Below, piece by piece: positions 1 to 12,832 of a stretch of 64,000 nt of DNA. Under the pieces are notes generated by a model. The model was given only the letters and a program-made list of their open reading frames with translations. It was not told the origin of the DNA and searched no databases. Location: positions 1 through 64,000 of the forward strand of contig NW_013657648.1 of NCBI RefSeq assembly GCF_000142905.1, written 5' to 3'. A program made the translations under genes and the position numbers. This DNA is from Thecamonas trahens ATCC 50062 (taxonomy: Eukaryota > Protista > Apusomonadida). Position 1 is the stretch's first letter. Each line of letters begins with the position of its first letter.

Positions 1-206
1 CTCATTTCCGCGTCGGCTTGTTTTGCCTAGGCGGTTGAGCACGTCCTCGACCGCCCGACCCCGCACACAACCCCCACCAACCTCATTGCAAGATATGCCC
101 AATCTGATTTCATTACTACCCTACTACATGCGCACGCTATCCCCTCGCACAGTCTCCTATCCACAGCTGCAGTATTCCGGAATCCGAGTTCCGCCGGCTC
201 AGGCCC

Positions 207-1691
207 AAGTTGTTGGCCCTGTGTCGCTTCGATGCTGCTGACTCCCCTGCCCCGGGCCCATCTCCGACCCCCACTCCCCACCATCTCCACCCACAATCAC
301 CATACTCACACCACACATACCCACTTTCCGTGCAAACATATCCACCCACTTCTTGCCCGCCGATATTCACATCAGCCGACGCCATCCCGTCAACAGCATC
401 GCTGCCGACCGCCTGCTGCTCGCCGCCGACCGCCGCCCGCCGCCGACCGGCCACCGCCAGCACCACCGAAAGCAAGCTAGCCATCGACAGGACATTGGAG
501 ACTATGCATACGGATAGCTACATCATTAGCAATGACTTCCAGTCTGCTCTCCAACCCAATCCTCCCCTCCCTCCTCTGGCCTTGCCCATCACAGCCCCCG
601 CCGGCCTGCTCATTGCCAGCCGCCCCTGCTGCCGATCACCGAGCCAGACGACGAGGCCTGTGGGCTGGCCATGGCGAGGAAGAACAAGAGAGGGCAAGGG
701 CAAGCGATTGGGAATGCAGTGGCGGGCTGAAGTGCAGTGGTCTGCCTCGTCTTCCAATCCCAAGCCCTCGTCTCCATCGACGTCCATCTCAGTCCAATCC
801 ATCCCGCCGTCCTCCCCCTGCCGCCCAAGTACCTGCCTCCCTCATCTCTCACACCCCACACACACCCATCATCCTCATCGCACCCACCAACATCAATCCT
901 CCACCGCAATCTCCATACCCACTTCCCCCTTCGCCCGCCGCGCCACACACGTCACGACCCCCCTCATCCCCCCTACCATACTCATTACGCCCCATCACCC
1001 CCAACCACCACCCCCACCCCCTACTCCACCACCACCACTCGCATTCCAGCGACAACCCCACCCACAGGTCATGGCCATGCCCACCACCATCCCATCGCGC
1101 ACACCGCTTCCTCTTTCTCCTCCTCCTCCTCCTCTCCTCGCTCTACCTCACCCCCATCCTCTCCCCCGACTCCGACACCCACACCCCTCAATCATCACAT
1201 GCCATACTGCCCATCCACTCACCAACAGTATTCTCAAGCCTCCGAGCCCCGACCCAGCCCCCTCAGCTGCCCCTGCCTCGCCGACCACCAGCCGCAAGCC
1301 GTCGCCCGCTCGCCCTAACAGCCGACCCTCATCACCACCTAGCTCCCACCCACCATCAGCTACGCAACCCGCGACCATACTCCCGGTCATCACTCACCCC
1401 ACACTAGCACCAGTACCAATATCGCTGTCATGCATACCCATCTTCCCTGGCTCACTTTCGCGGTCGAAGTTGTTGGCCTGGTGTCCCCTCCCGTGGCTGC
1501 TGCTCACCCCTCTTACCGGGCCCATCTCCGACCCCCCACTCCCTACCATCCCCACCCACAACCACCACACCCACACTACACATACCTCACAATCTCACCC
1601 ACCCAATCCTCGCGCGCCAATACCTACATCAGCCGACACCATCCCATCATCAGCATCGCTTCTGGCCGTCTGCTGCTCACCACCGATCGCC
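207..1691 (+). repeat. Diverged direct repeat pair (~225 bp; copies ~207-434 and ~1467-1691)
   Basis: Both copies begin AAGTTGTTGGCC and share collinear blocks such as CCGGGCCCATCTCCGACCCCC, CACATACC, ACATCAGCCGAC.CCATCCC.TCA.CAGCATCGCT and CTGCTGCTC, with many substitutions. Confidence 0.75.
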
Positions 1692-1872
1692 CGAGCCGCG
1701 TGTGTTGTTGGAGCTCATGGCTTCAGTCAGGTATTGTCCTGCCTTTGCCTGCGGCCAGTCTCGCCCACTTTTTGCACGGCCATGTCGCCGCTGATCCGAC
1801 TCATGCGCACGAGAAGCAAACCTCATCGTCGCACACCTCACCACCCGTCTCGCATCCCTCGCCTCCGCCTCC

Positions 1873-2596
1873 ATGGGCAATCTCGACCCCGAGGAGCACA
1901 TGCTGGCCACCATGGGCCTCGGCTGGATTGCCCTTCCCTGTTGGTATGCCCTTGCCCTCCTCGTCGTTCCTCTTCCTGCCTCCACCCCTCTGCCTCTCTG
2001 TCTGAGGTCAGCAACTCACCGGCCACACACACCCTCCTGCATGTAGCGCATCCGCCCTTCTTGCTTGCACCTTTGTTCATCTGGTATTTGACTCGCTAGT
2101 GCTGGATGACCAGTTTACGCAGGCCTCGGCCGACATTGTCTCGTTCTTCTATGCCCATGTAATGGCCTCGCTTAGCTACCTCGGCCTCTTGCTCCTGCTC
2201 TACTTCGCTCTCGTCGTCGGCTCGCTGTTCAAGGCGCTCGTCATTCCCACACGCATCAACTACGTGGCCCTTGCTCTCCTTGCGCTTCCGCTCTCACGAA
2301 TGTATGCGCTAGGCTCACAGGTTGCGCTTCTCGGCAACTCGCAGACCATGCCTGTCTCGTTGGCCGACCAGGCCTCGGCTGCCCGCAGCGTCATGTACGA
2401 GCACGCCGCTGTCGCCGTAACCCTCATTGCCTATCTTGCCCTCCAGGTAGCTTCACTTGCTAACGACGGTCGTCTCCGTATGGACTGGAACGTTGCTGGT
2501 TACCGTGTCCTCGTCAAGCAGATGCGCCGCTACATCCAAACAAGCATTCCGCGGCCCATCGCAACTGCCAGCAGCGGCCACCCCAAGCACGACTGA
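1873..2596 (+). CDS. Four-TM membrane protein, possibly Shr3-like ER chaperone (spliced; start may lie further upstream)
   Basis: Removing the GT-AG intron 1944-2046 joins MGNLDPEEHMLATMGLGWIALPC in frame to CASALLACTFVHLVFDSLVLDDQF and on into ORF 2099-2596. There are four hydrophobic segments, the last ending IAYLALQ. Confidence 0.6.
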
Positions 2597-2607
2597 TCGT
2601 GCTCGCG

Positions 2608-5600
2608 TCAGGACGACTCACTCGAGCTTCGCGAACTGTTCTCCGCTGACGATGACCGTGAGCACGAGAGCACCAGCGACGAACTGTACCGTTTGGCGCT
2701 CTTCGAGCTCGAGCTCGAGTTGCGTGTCACCGTCGAGTCGGACGACGAGCTCGAGCTCGAGCTCGAACTCGCGCTTGACAGCACCACCCCTGTGCCCGGC
2801 CGTCCCGTCGACGCAACCGCTTCACCATGCGACTGTTGCGCCGCAGCCAGTGAGCCGCCGGTCCGCAACGGTGATGACATCGCCACCCCGCGTCGCTGCC
2901 TGCCCGTGTCGCTGTGGCCCTGTCTGCGCCGTCGCCGCGTGTTGCGGCGGACGGCCCAGTGCCCGTCGCCGGGATCTCCGTTCTCGGCGCGCATTCGCTG
3001 ACTTAGCGCCGAGTTGACCACCGCGCGTCGCGCGAGTGACTTGCGTGTCTTGCGCGTGTTTTGAAGCTCCAGCGCTCTCAGCGGCGACTGAAAAATCGGA
3101 AGCGTCGCCCGGTCCAATGTCGGTGTCAGTGACGGATCCAGGGACCGCCGCCGCTTGCGTGACAGCACTGGCATTGCGTTCTCAGCCGCCGTCCGCAAGA
3201 ATGGCTCCAGATCCTGCCCGTGTGGCAGTCCAAGGTTGTGGAGCACAATCGCCGCCGGCACTACAGTCGCCGCATGCCGGCTCGCCGCAAGCAAGTGCGT
3301 CACGCCCGACGCATTAAACCGCCGCTTGCCAGTCGTCTCGGCCACAAGGTTGCCCACCAGCATGAGCGGCAAGATCTTGTCTTTGGTCCGCCGCGCCGTC
3401 GCCAGCCCGCGGCTCGCGATCTCCACAAGCCCAAGCTCGATGAGTAGTCCGCGCTGCGCGCCGGTGCCCCACCCCGCAAGCATCGCCAGCGCCATGTACG
3501 CCACCCGCGCAAGCTCGCGGTGCCGAACCTCTTTGCTGAGCGAGCCAGTGCTTGTGATAGGCGCCACAGCTAGCGGGTGGCTGTGCTTCTGCTGCGTCGC
3601 CACAACAAGGACAGCCACAATGTCCAGAATGAGCGTTGCGTCCTGACATGCCACTTCGCGGCCGATGTCAAGCTGGAGCACAAGCGTGAGAATCTTCAGC
3701 GTCTCCATCGCCACCCCCAGCGCCATCCGTGGGTGCATGGGGTCCGCGTCCACCCGCGGCATATATTCTGGTGACGAGACTATCCCCGACGCCAGCCAAC
3801 CGCCATCGCTTCCGCTCATTGCGCCGCTGCCCGATGTCGTCGCCCCGCCCATTTTCAGCAGCAGCTCCGCCGAAGACTTGTAGTACCCCCGACCCGACGT
3901 GTCGAGGTCACCGTTGACGCTCGCTGTCCGCGCAGCCTCCAGCACAAGAATCGCCGTTGCCCGCCGCAGCAGTGTCGCCACCAGCGACATGTATCCCTGC
4001 TGCACAAACTGCGTTCGCCCCGGTCCATGCGAGAGAAGGTTGGACATCGCCCGACAGCCTTCAAGCTGGAGGGCTGGTGTCTGAGCAGACGCAGACACCA
4101 CATACGTCGCAATGACCGCCACCGCGGATGCTCCGTTGAACGCCCGTGCGTGAAGCGGTGAAACAGCAAAGTCAGCAATGATTCGCGTCGCCTTGAACAG
4201 CAACGCCACGTCGCCGGTAAGGCATAGATGCAGCAGGGACGAGACAAGCGGCGACGAGAACAGAAACTCGCGGTAGAGCGGGACCGACGAGTACTGCATG
4301 AGCTTTTCCAGCTGCTCTGCGTTGTTGTTGGTCAGCTCGTCTGCGCCCACCATGCTCGTCGAAATCACTTCTTCGAGCACCACCAGCCGTGACTCACCAG
4401 CCCGCCACAGCAACGTGTACAAGCTCGGTGGCACCGCCGCCATAAGCGCTGCGCTCACACCAGTCACCACATACATGGTGCGGCTGTTGACCAGCTCTTG
4501 CACAAACGCGCCCAGCCCAGCCATTGCGCACACTGCAAGCACTACAGTCCGCCCGTGCGTCAGCAGCGAGTGTGGCACAACGTCTGCAACAGCCGGCACG
4601 TATATGTGGAGCCACACGCCTGCTGTGCTCAGCGTCACCACTGCCCACGCCAGTAGGTGGAACGACCCGATCTCGTACACTTGTAGAATAAGGACGCACA
4701 ACCGTGCCATTGTGTACAGAACCCACATCCGCGGATGCGCCAGCAGCCCACGGATCGCCAGCGTCGCCGACGACGCAAACCACAATGCAAGGGATATGTG
4801 CATGCCAGCCGCGAGTATACACCCGACAGCTACTAGAACATGAACGTTGGTGTCCCAGCACGTCAGCTGCGGTGCCCGCTTGAGCACAGACACGGCTTTT
4901 CCGCCCAAAAACGCGTCGTCGCCGTCGAAACACACCGTCAGATTGAGGTAAACTCGCAAGATCGGTAACAACGCTGCGTCAAGGACCACAAAACTAATCA
5001 CACGCAACGCAAGGGCATGCACACGCGCACTTGCGTTGCTTGTTGCGCTTGAGACCCACGAAGACGGCCCGCACATTGTGTCACGCGCCTCGAGGTCCAC
5101 CATCAGCACCTCGTCGTCTGCGTACGCGTATGCATCCATGTCATTGCCGCTGTTGTTGGCCTCATACAGTGCCTCCAGCACCAACGTCGACGGAAGCGCC
5201 ATTTCTGGTCGCGCCTGCTGTCCATGCGGGCCGTCAGACGGCTCAGACGCCTCCACAATGCCGCTGTGCGATCCGCGCCGCTGGCTCTCGTCCGGCTCTG
5301 TCTGAAGCTGCTCCTGGAAATCCGATCCAAACAACATCGCCCCACTTGTCGCCTGCGGTGGCGACTCATTGGGTTCGAGCGCGCTCACTGGTGCGGCTGC
5401 AGCAAAAGACGTCGCAGGCTTCTTCCGCCATCCGCATCGCTTCATCGCCACGCCGAGCGGCTTCCCATACCAGAACAGCACTAACATCGCCGTAGAAACC
5501 TCTACACTCAGCGTCAGCAAAAGGATCTGAACCAGCGGAACGTGCAGCGCTTGCGACCATGGCACTTGCTTCAGTGCAAGGACCGGGGCGGGAGCTGTCA

Positions 5601-6738
5601 GCGGATTGCCGCCAAACGACCGAAGCTCCACATTCCATTTGTCTCGCCGATGCACAACAGAGCCGAGTGGATCCAGCCCCAGCCCCAGCCATGCTATCGT
5701 GTCCACCACGCCCCATGGCCACGACGACGCGTCGCAGAACACTAGCTGCACCAACTGCATCGCCTCCACCACAAACATTGCGCCCACGAGCGCCCGTGGC
5801 ACATCAAAGAGCAGGCCGTTCCGTAGTCTTCCCCACCGCGACACTGGCACCACTGCGGACCGCAGCCGCAAGTTCCCGCCGTGGCTGCCGTCAATCAACT
5901 CGCTCACCGCCGTCGGCAGTGACGACTCGTACAGCGAGATGTAGCACGACGCGTTGTCAGCTTCCGCCTCCGCAAGCCGCGTCGTCACTACCTTGCGTCC
6001 TGTCCCGGCTACACCAGCCGTCAGTGTTGACGTTGGATGCAGCGAGGCCGCAGAGCTCTTGCCTGTCAGCGGCGACCGCGGTGACGCCGGCGCGGTCCCG
6101 AGCCCGCTCCGTCCGTGCCGGCCCACCCCGCTGCTCATGCCGCCACCCACTCCAACAATACGCCCAGCACTACTCGGCCCGGCCGCCGCTCCACCACCCT
6201 CTTCATCGTCGTCATTCCCTTCGTCACTATTGTTCTCGTCGCCACCCTCGGCAGGTTGAGGCGGAATCGTGCCCGCGAGCGGAAAGAGCACCGGCGAGAA
6301 CCGCAGCGTGTACGTCGAGTATGTCGCGAGGTAAAGACCCACCCCTATACTCAAAAAGGTGAGCGTCACTGTCCTCGCACCACCACATGAGTCTCTATCA
6401 TCATTGTCTGCCTCTGTTCTCGCACCGCCCCCGCACTCGCGCCCTACTCGGCCGCCTGTACCGACCGCGCCCGCACGCCGCGTCCACCATGGCCGTCCCT
6501 GCCCAACGCCCGCCACCCACCCGCACCCACGTCTACCAGCACCACCGCCACCACTGTCAAAGAGATTCACATGCACACACACACGCACACATATATCTCC
6601 ATGCTTCTCTCCACTCCTCCACTCCGTCCCCTTCCCCAGAACCAGCCTCTGTGCTACACCCGTGCCTGCCTACCCGCTCCCTCCCCGCAGTGCCAACCTA
6701 CCAGCAATGACCAATGAAAAGCCGCTGAGGGCCAACAT
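2608..6738 (-). CDS. Multi-pass membrane protein with C-terminal armadillo-like repeats
   Basis: Exon 1 6738-6702 (MLALSGFSLVIA), GTAGGT..CAG intron 6701-6369, exon 2 6368-2608 in frame. Many hydrophobic helices with a C..L..P...CW...H loop are followed by ARM-like units (LFKATRIIADFA, EGCRAMSNLL, AYMALAMLAG, LMLVGNLV) and a Ser-rich tail. Confidence 0.75.
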
Positions 6739-6816
6739 GCGGTCAACACGCCGAGACAACTGCCAAGTGCCAAGGACAAGACAGACTCGCTCAGCCACTT
6801 TCGGCTTTGCACTTCT

Positions 6817-9800
6817 TTACTTGCGCGCCGCAGACGCCAGCATCCGAATCCGGGCCCAGTTAAAGCCACCACCAGCGCCCGAGCTGTGTGAGCTGCGCGA
6901 GCCGAACGAAACATGTGCCCGAGAGCCGCGCCGCCCACCACCGCCGCGTCCGACGCCGCCGCCGCTGCTTCCACGGTGACCATCGTGTTCATCGGACATC
7001 GACATCGATGCGTCGATGATGTCATCCGTCGACGAGTACGAGACGTCTGCGTCGACTTGCTCGATCGGGAGCCGGTGCAGCTGATCCGCGCCGTCCTCCA
7101 CCCGCTTGAGCGATGTGTTGCGCGCCTTGCTATCCGCCAACGCTGCGAGCGAAAACGCAATGTGCGATCGCCCTCTCGAGCTGCTACCCAGTCCGCGTGC
7201 CCTCGACTGCGCCGCCGACGCTGCTGGTGTGGCGCTGATGTTGCTCGCCGGTAACTTGCCCATCGCCGCCGCCCACGCCCTATCGGCCGTGCTGACGCCG
7301 GCGCCGCTCTCGCCATCACCGCGCCGCCGCACCAACTGCTGCGACGAGTCGCCGATCGAGCTGACCGAGGTCGTTGGATGCTGCGGCAACATCCGCGCTC
7401 CACGCAAAGCCGCTCCCCCGCCGCTACCTTCGCTTATCTCGTCGACAGTCGTCAGCGTAGGCTCAGACGACGATGCGCCGAGCCCAGCTGACCGCCCACG
7501 CAGCCACCGGAGCTTGGACGCTGCCCGGAGAAGCATGCCCACCCGCTTGACCTTGCGCAGTCGGTTGTGCCGGATTACAACATGGCGGTACTTGACCCAG
7601 TAGTACGAGATGATTTGGCATGCAAAGTAGTGCGCCATCGTAATGTGTGCGTCCTCGTGGGTGAGCGGTAGCTTGCGCGCCCGTAGGTACGCACGCTTGC
7701 GGTACTTGGAGTGCAGCAGCAGCCGCGCCCGGAACATCTCGTCCTCCGCCACCTCGTCGTCCGTTCCAGTCGGCTTGACCGCATCGGCACAGTGCGTAAG
7801 GAACCCGTCTTGGTGCTCAACTGCGTACCGAATGACCGCCTCAAACGTGTTGCGGTAGTCGACAGACGGCGGCGCAGTCTTGAATGCATCGTAACGGAAC
7901 CGACCAAACAGCGTCCGCGTTGCAGGGTACAAATTGACCTTGATGTCCATCGCCTGCAAGTGACGCAGCACCCGCACATCAGGCATGTTCGGCACCCACC
8001 CGAGCGGCGGCTTGAGCGAGAACATTAGCTGCAGGAAGCCGGCTGGCGAAATCCGCCCGCGCGGCTCAGGGTCAAGCACCATCCACAGCCGCCGGAAAGA
8101 CTCGACAGACTCGAGCATGACCGCGTCGAGACACTCGGACATGGCATGGTAGTGCTCCAAAACCACAGCAATAAACAGGTTGAGCAGAATCCAAGACGAG
8201 ATCACAATGAGCGACACAAAATACGCTGGCGCGTAGACAGATCCGCACGTGTCCGGATTCGCGCTGCTGCAGAACGGCGGCTGCACCTCGGCGTGCCGCA
8301 TCACCGCGCCCCACGAGTCTACCGTCGCAATGCGGTACACCGTCAGGCACGCGTTGCCAAACGTGGCAAAGTTGGCGTGGGGGCCAAAGCCGGGCCCAGC
8401 TTGCCCGTACGGCGCAGTAACAACCTGGCCCCACAGCGACCGGCCCATCAGCGCGTACACAAACAGCACAAGCACAAGTAGGCCGGCCACGTTGGCAATA
8501 GCCACAAGCGCGTGTCGGAATGTGGACAGGATCGACGCAAGCAGCGGCACAATCTGGAAAAACCGCAGTAGCTGCAGCGAGCCAATCAGGTTGATCAGCG
8601 AGTCGTCTGCAAGGTCAGGCCGGAAGACAGAGATGACCGACATGATGACGAGGAAAACTCGAACCGGTGCCAGCCGTCGAGCAAGTAGTGGTTGAGACCC
8701 GACGCTGCCATGTGCAGGCCAGCCTCGACGCAGAAAAACGCCACGAAAAAGTACGAGATGCCAGACTGGAAGCTGCGGAGCTCGTCCGGCGCGTCAGCGT
8801 AGAACGAGGCAAGCACCACGCCGTTGAGCGCCAGCGCGCCCATGACCAACTTGGAAAAGTTCCGATGCTTGACAATGATGTACGCCACAGCCCGGACAGG
8901 ATGGTCCGGGAGGACAAAGGCCTCATATGGCGGCGTGGCCGAGATGATTCGCTGGATCGTAAGCCATTCGCGCTGCGAGTCGGTGAGGAACGCGTGTCCA
9001 GAAATCTCGTCACGGAGCCGGTCAAAGTTCTCAATGACCACAGCCACCACAAGATTAACCACAAGCATCGAGCCAATGACAATAAACACCACAAAGTACA
9101 GCGCCGCCGCAGGCTGGGACCGTGGCTGTGGCTGCAAGTCGGGGCCCACAATGTCTATCGTCGGCAGCATGATGTCTACCCAGCCGACCATGACCGAGCA
9201 CTCAAAGAGCGAGAGCATGGCGTCGGGCACAGAGTCAAACGTCGACACTGCGTTGCTCCACGTCCGCGCTACTGTCTGGTTCGTTGCTGCGTCCACAAAG
9301 CTGCCCACGCACTCACCGCGCCAGGTCACACTCGCATCATTACACGAGTACAGCCGGCCCTTGAAGAGTGCAACGCCCACAATGGCAAAGACTGCCCAGA
9401 ACACAAGCGCCACCGCCACAACCGATGCAATCGCTCGCGACGCCGCCAGCAACGCATACACCGTGGTTCGCAGCGGCGCTAGCCGCGAGACTAGCCGCAG
9501 CGGCCGGAGCGCACGTAGCGCCCACGACCAAGGCAGCGCCGGCCCTGCCGCGTGCGCCACCAGCGAAGTCAGCACAATAAACAGGTCGAGGCAGTTCCAT
9601 CCGTTGCGCAAATACGCCGATCGGCTTGGATACCACAGCCCACGCACAATGATCTTGCCCACGGCTTCAAGGCCAAACACGAGGAGCACCACCGCCGCAG
9701 AGATGTTGCCAAGCAGCGTCGTCTTGCCAGCCTGTGCAGGATCGTCGACTGCAAGCACCGCCGCGTCCGCCACCGTCACCACAAGAATGAGCGGCGAGAA

Positions 9801-12800
9801 CGCCTGGTGTGTCACCACCCACTGCGCAAAGCGCCGGACCCTTGACTCGGGACCGAATGCGCGCAACGTCGTCCCCACAAGCGGCTGGTCGTATGACCAC
9901 GCTGAGATCCGCGCCTGGATGTGCCGCCGCCGTCGCCGCTTGGCGCTAGCCGCGTCCTCGGCCAGTAGCGCCGCAGACTTGGTCGTCCCAGCATCGGGCG
10001 CGTCAGCCTTGTCGATGTTGGCAAACTTTTCCAGAATGATAGCGAGAAAGAGCGAGAAAATAACGTACGAGCCGAGGACAATGAGCGAGGCGAAAAAGAA
10101 GAACCCGTACACGGCGTCCACCCGCATGCCCTCGTAGATGAGATCGGTCACAGAGTCGCCGGTGAAGGCCTGAAAAACGGCCAGGAACGCCCAGTACGCA
10201 GAATCAAACGAGGCCCGACCCGGCCCAGCAGAGTACGCGTGGCCAAAGAAACGCACGCCAGCGAGCGCGTAGACATACAGCAGGAGGAAAAGGAGCGAAA
10301 TAAGATACGAGACCATCCGCCCCGGAAGCAAGACGCCCGTCACCACTCGCCGGAACGTGCCCCATGCCCGCGTCAGCTTGAACACCCGCAGCGGCCGCAG
10401 CATCCTCGCCCGCGGCATCCCGCTCCCAAACACAAGTACCGCTTCGAGCAACCCGAGCGCAAGTATGACTCCGTCCCACAAGCTCGACCAGCTCTTCAGG
10501 AACTTCGCCTTGGATGACGCTTGCGCCAGCCGCGCCGAGAACTCAATGCCGTAGAACCCCAGGCATGTGTATGAGGCCACATCCAAGAACACAAGGTACT
10601 CGTGCGACGCGGCGGCATGGTCCGTCAGCATTAGCACAAAGTCGACGAGAACAACAACACTCGAGATGACGTCCAGATACGAGACATCATCGATACTGGC
10701 AGTCGAGATATGGCTACCCGAGCCGTCGTCGTCTGCGTGGGTGCTCTCGCCGCCGCCACACTTGCCGCCACTCCCGCCGTTGCACATACTGCTAGTCCGC
10801 GTCTGCCCGGTCTCGTTCTCGATCATCACCGCCGGCACATCCAGCGACACCACCCCAAGCTCTACGTCGTCCAGCGCAACCGCAGCCTGGCCTGCGACTC
10901 CAGGCTCGGCCGAGCTGCTCTCGCTTGCCTTACGCAGCGGCCGCAGCCGTGAAATCTGCGGCGGTGGCGATGGCGCACGCCGCGTCTCCGGTGGCGAGTC
11001 GTTTGTCGACGTTGTGGTGATCGACTCGGTCACCGACGACACGCTCTCGTCGATTGCCCGGATGTTAGTCTCGGACACCAGCGAGTCGCTCAACACCTGG
11101 CCACCCGTCGAGCGAGTCGAGTACACGTACGAGCTGTACTCGTTGCTCGAAGTCGAGTCCGGGGGAAACGACGACGTCGACGACCAGCTCTGCTCCTCTT
11201 CCTCACCGTCGTAACACACGTCTGACGTCAAGGACTCGTGCGGATGGCCCATAGTCTCCATCGACTCTTCCTCCTGCTGCTCCTGGTCGTGAGAGGTGCC
11301 GTGCGGCGAGGCCGGGACCGAGAGCCGACCCGGCGACGTACCTGGCGACCGCCCGGGCGTCGCCGGCTTGCCGATCGGCGTCATCGCCGAAACGAGCTTC
11401 GACCCCGAGCCCGACCGCCACAAGTTGAGGTGTGAGAGCATGATGGCGTCGGCGTCGTCGACCACCAGCACCACCTCGTCGTTGTCGGTCAGCTCTTCGA
11501 GTGCTGCCGTGAGGTGGAAGGCCTCGTCGAGCACCGCCAGAATCATGTTGGTGGCGAGGAAGGCCGTGATAAAGGTGTAAGGCACAAAATAGACCCAGGC
11601 CCACGTCGACCATGCGTCCTGCAGCGCGTACATAATCGCTGACCATCCATCGAGCGTCGCCACGTTGAAGAGAACCACAAAGGCCGAGCCGAGGTGGTCG
11701 AACGAGACAAACCCCGAGTTGGGATTGGCGGCACTACCCACGTCCCTGCACACCAGCGGTGCGGGGCAGAGGTAGCCAGCCGTTGGGTCGATGCCGCACG
11801 GCCGCCTCGCCCGCAGTGTGGCCATGTCTGGCAGCGTGCCAGCAGCCAGTGCGCTCGGGTCGACGCACCGCCGCCGCAGCGCGCCGGACATGAGCTGCAC
11901 GCCGACGATAGCGAACCAGCCGATGAGAAACGCGAAAAAGTAGCCGACGTCACGCAGCGCCGGCAGGGCCGAGACCAGCGACTGGACTACAATCCGCAGG
12001 CCCTGCATCCGCGAGACCGACTGCAGAGGACGGAGGGCACGGAGGACCCAGAACGGCGCAAAGATGTCGAGCCCATTGAATGAGAGCATAGATGTTACGC
12101 TGACAACCACGAGTAAAAAGTCGAGGCAGTTCCAGCCGGACCGCAGATATGCGTGCTTGTGGAGGACAAAGCCCATGGCGGTGATCTTGAGGCCAGCTTC
12201 GAGCGTGTAGACGGCGAGAAAGCCGAGATTGAGCCAGTTGAGCACCTGGTTGAGCGACGACGGCGACGAGTCGCTCGTCGACACGCTAGCTGTCCTGTTC
12301 TTGGCCCCGCCCACCGACGGAACATACAGAACCATCGAGAGCGAGTGGAGGACGACGACCGCGAACATGAACCGCTGGAACGGCCGCGAGTCGACCAGAT
12401 CGATGGCATGCCGTCGCACGCTGTCATTCACCGTCCACATGCCCAGCGACCGCGACCGGTACACCACCCCGTCGGTAAAGTACTCGGAGACTCGCCGGGG
12501 ATACGGCTCGGTCTCAGGCTCGACCCTGTGTCGCTCGAGGTGTCGTCGCATCTTCTCGCGGACCGACGACGGAGCGCCGCGGCGCAGGACAAGCGGCATA
12601 TCGCTGCAGACCACACCACAACCACAACCAAGTCAAGCGCAACCTGTGCCTGTAACGTGCAACGATACGACCACACCTGCCTTCCTCGCTGCTCTTCTCC
12701 GCACGAGCCGACAACTGCGAGGTGGTGGAGTCGGTTGTGGCAGCCAATCAGTATTGCCCGCCAGCCCGTGCCTGCCTCGTGGCCTCGCAGCGGTACTTGG

Positions 12801-12832
12801 AAGTGAGACGGCCGCCGTTCATGGCTGAACAT
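6817..12832 (-). CDS. Four-domain voltage-gated Na+/Ca2+ channel alpha subunit (Nav-like III-IV linker); frameshift at ~8655
   Basis: Four S1-S6 repeats (YLRSGWNCLDF, SFDHLGSAF, YLRNGWNCLDLF, NFATFGNA, WILLNLFIAVVLE), then an EF-hand-like and an IQ-like C-terminus. Putative exons 12832-12797, 12714-12677 and 12603-6817 join in frame across GT-AG introns. One extra T at 8654-8657 (GAG TTT TTC CTC) fuses ORFs 8595-12614 and 6817-8643 into DGWHRFEFFLVIMS. Confidence 0.93.

Noticed and set aside
210-2099. 629-aa Pro/His-rich ORF
   Set aside because: It is low-complexity, C-skewed DNA that lacks stops by composition, and it overlaps exons and an intron of the 4-TM gene in other frames.
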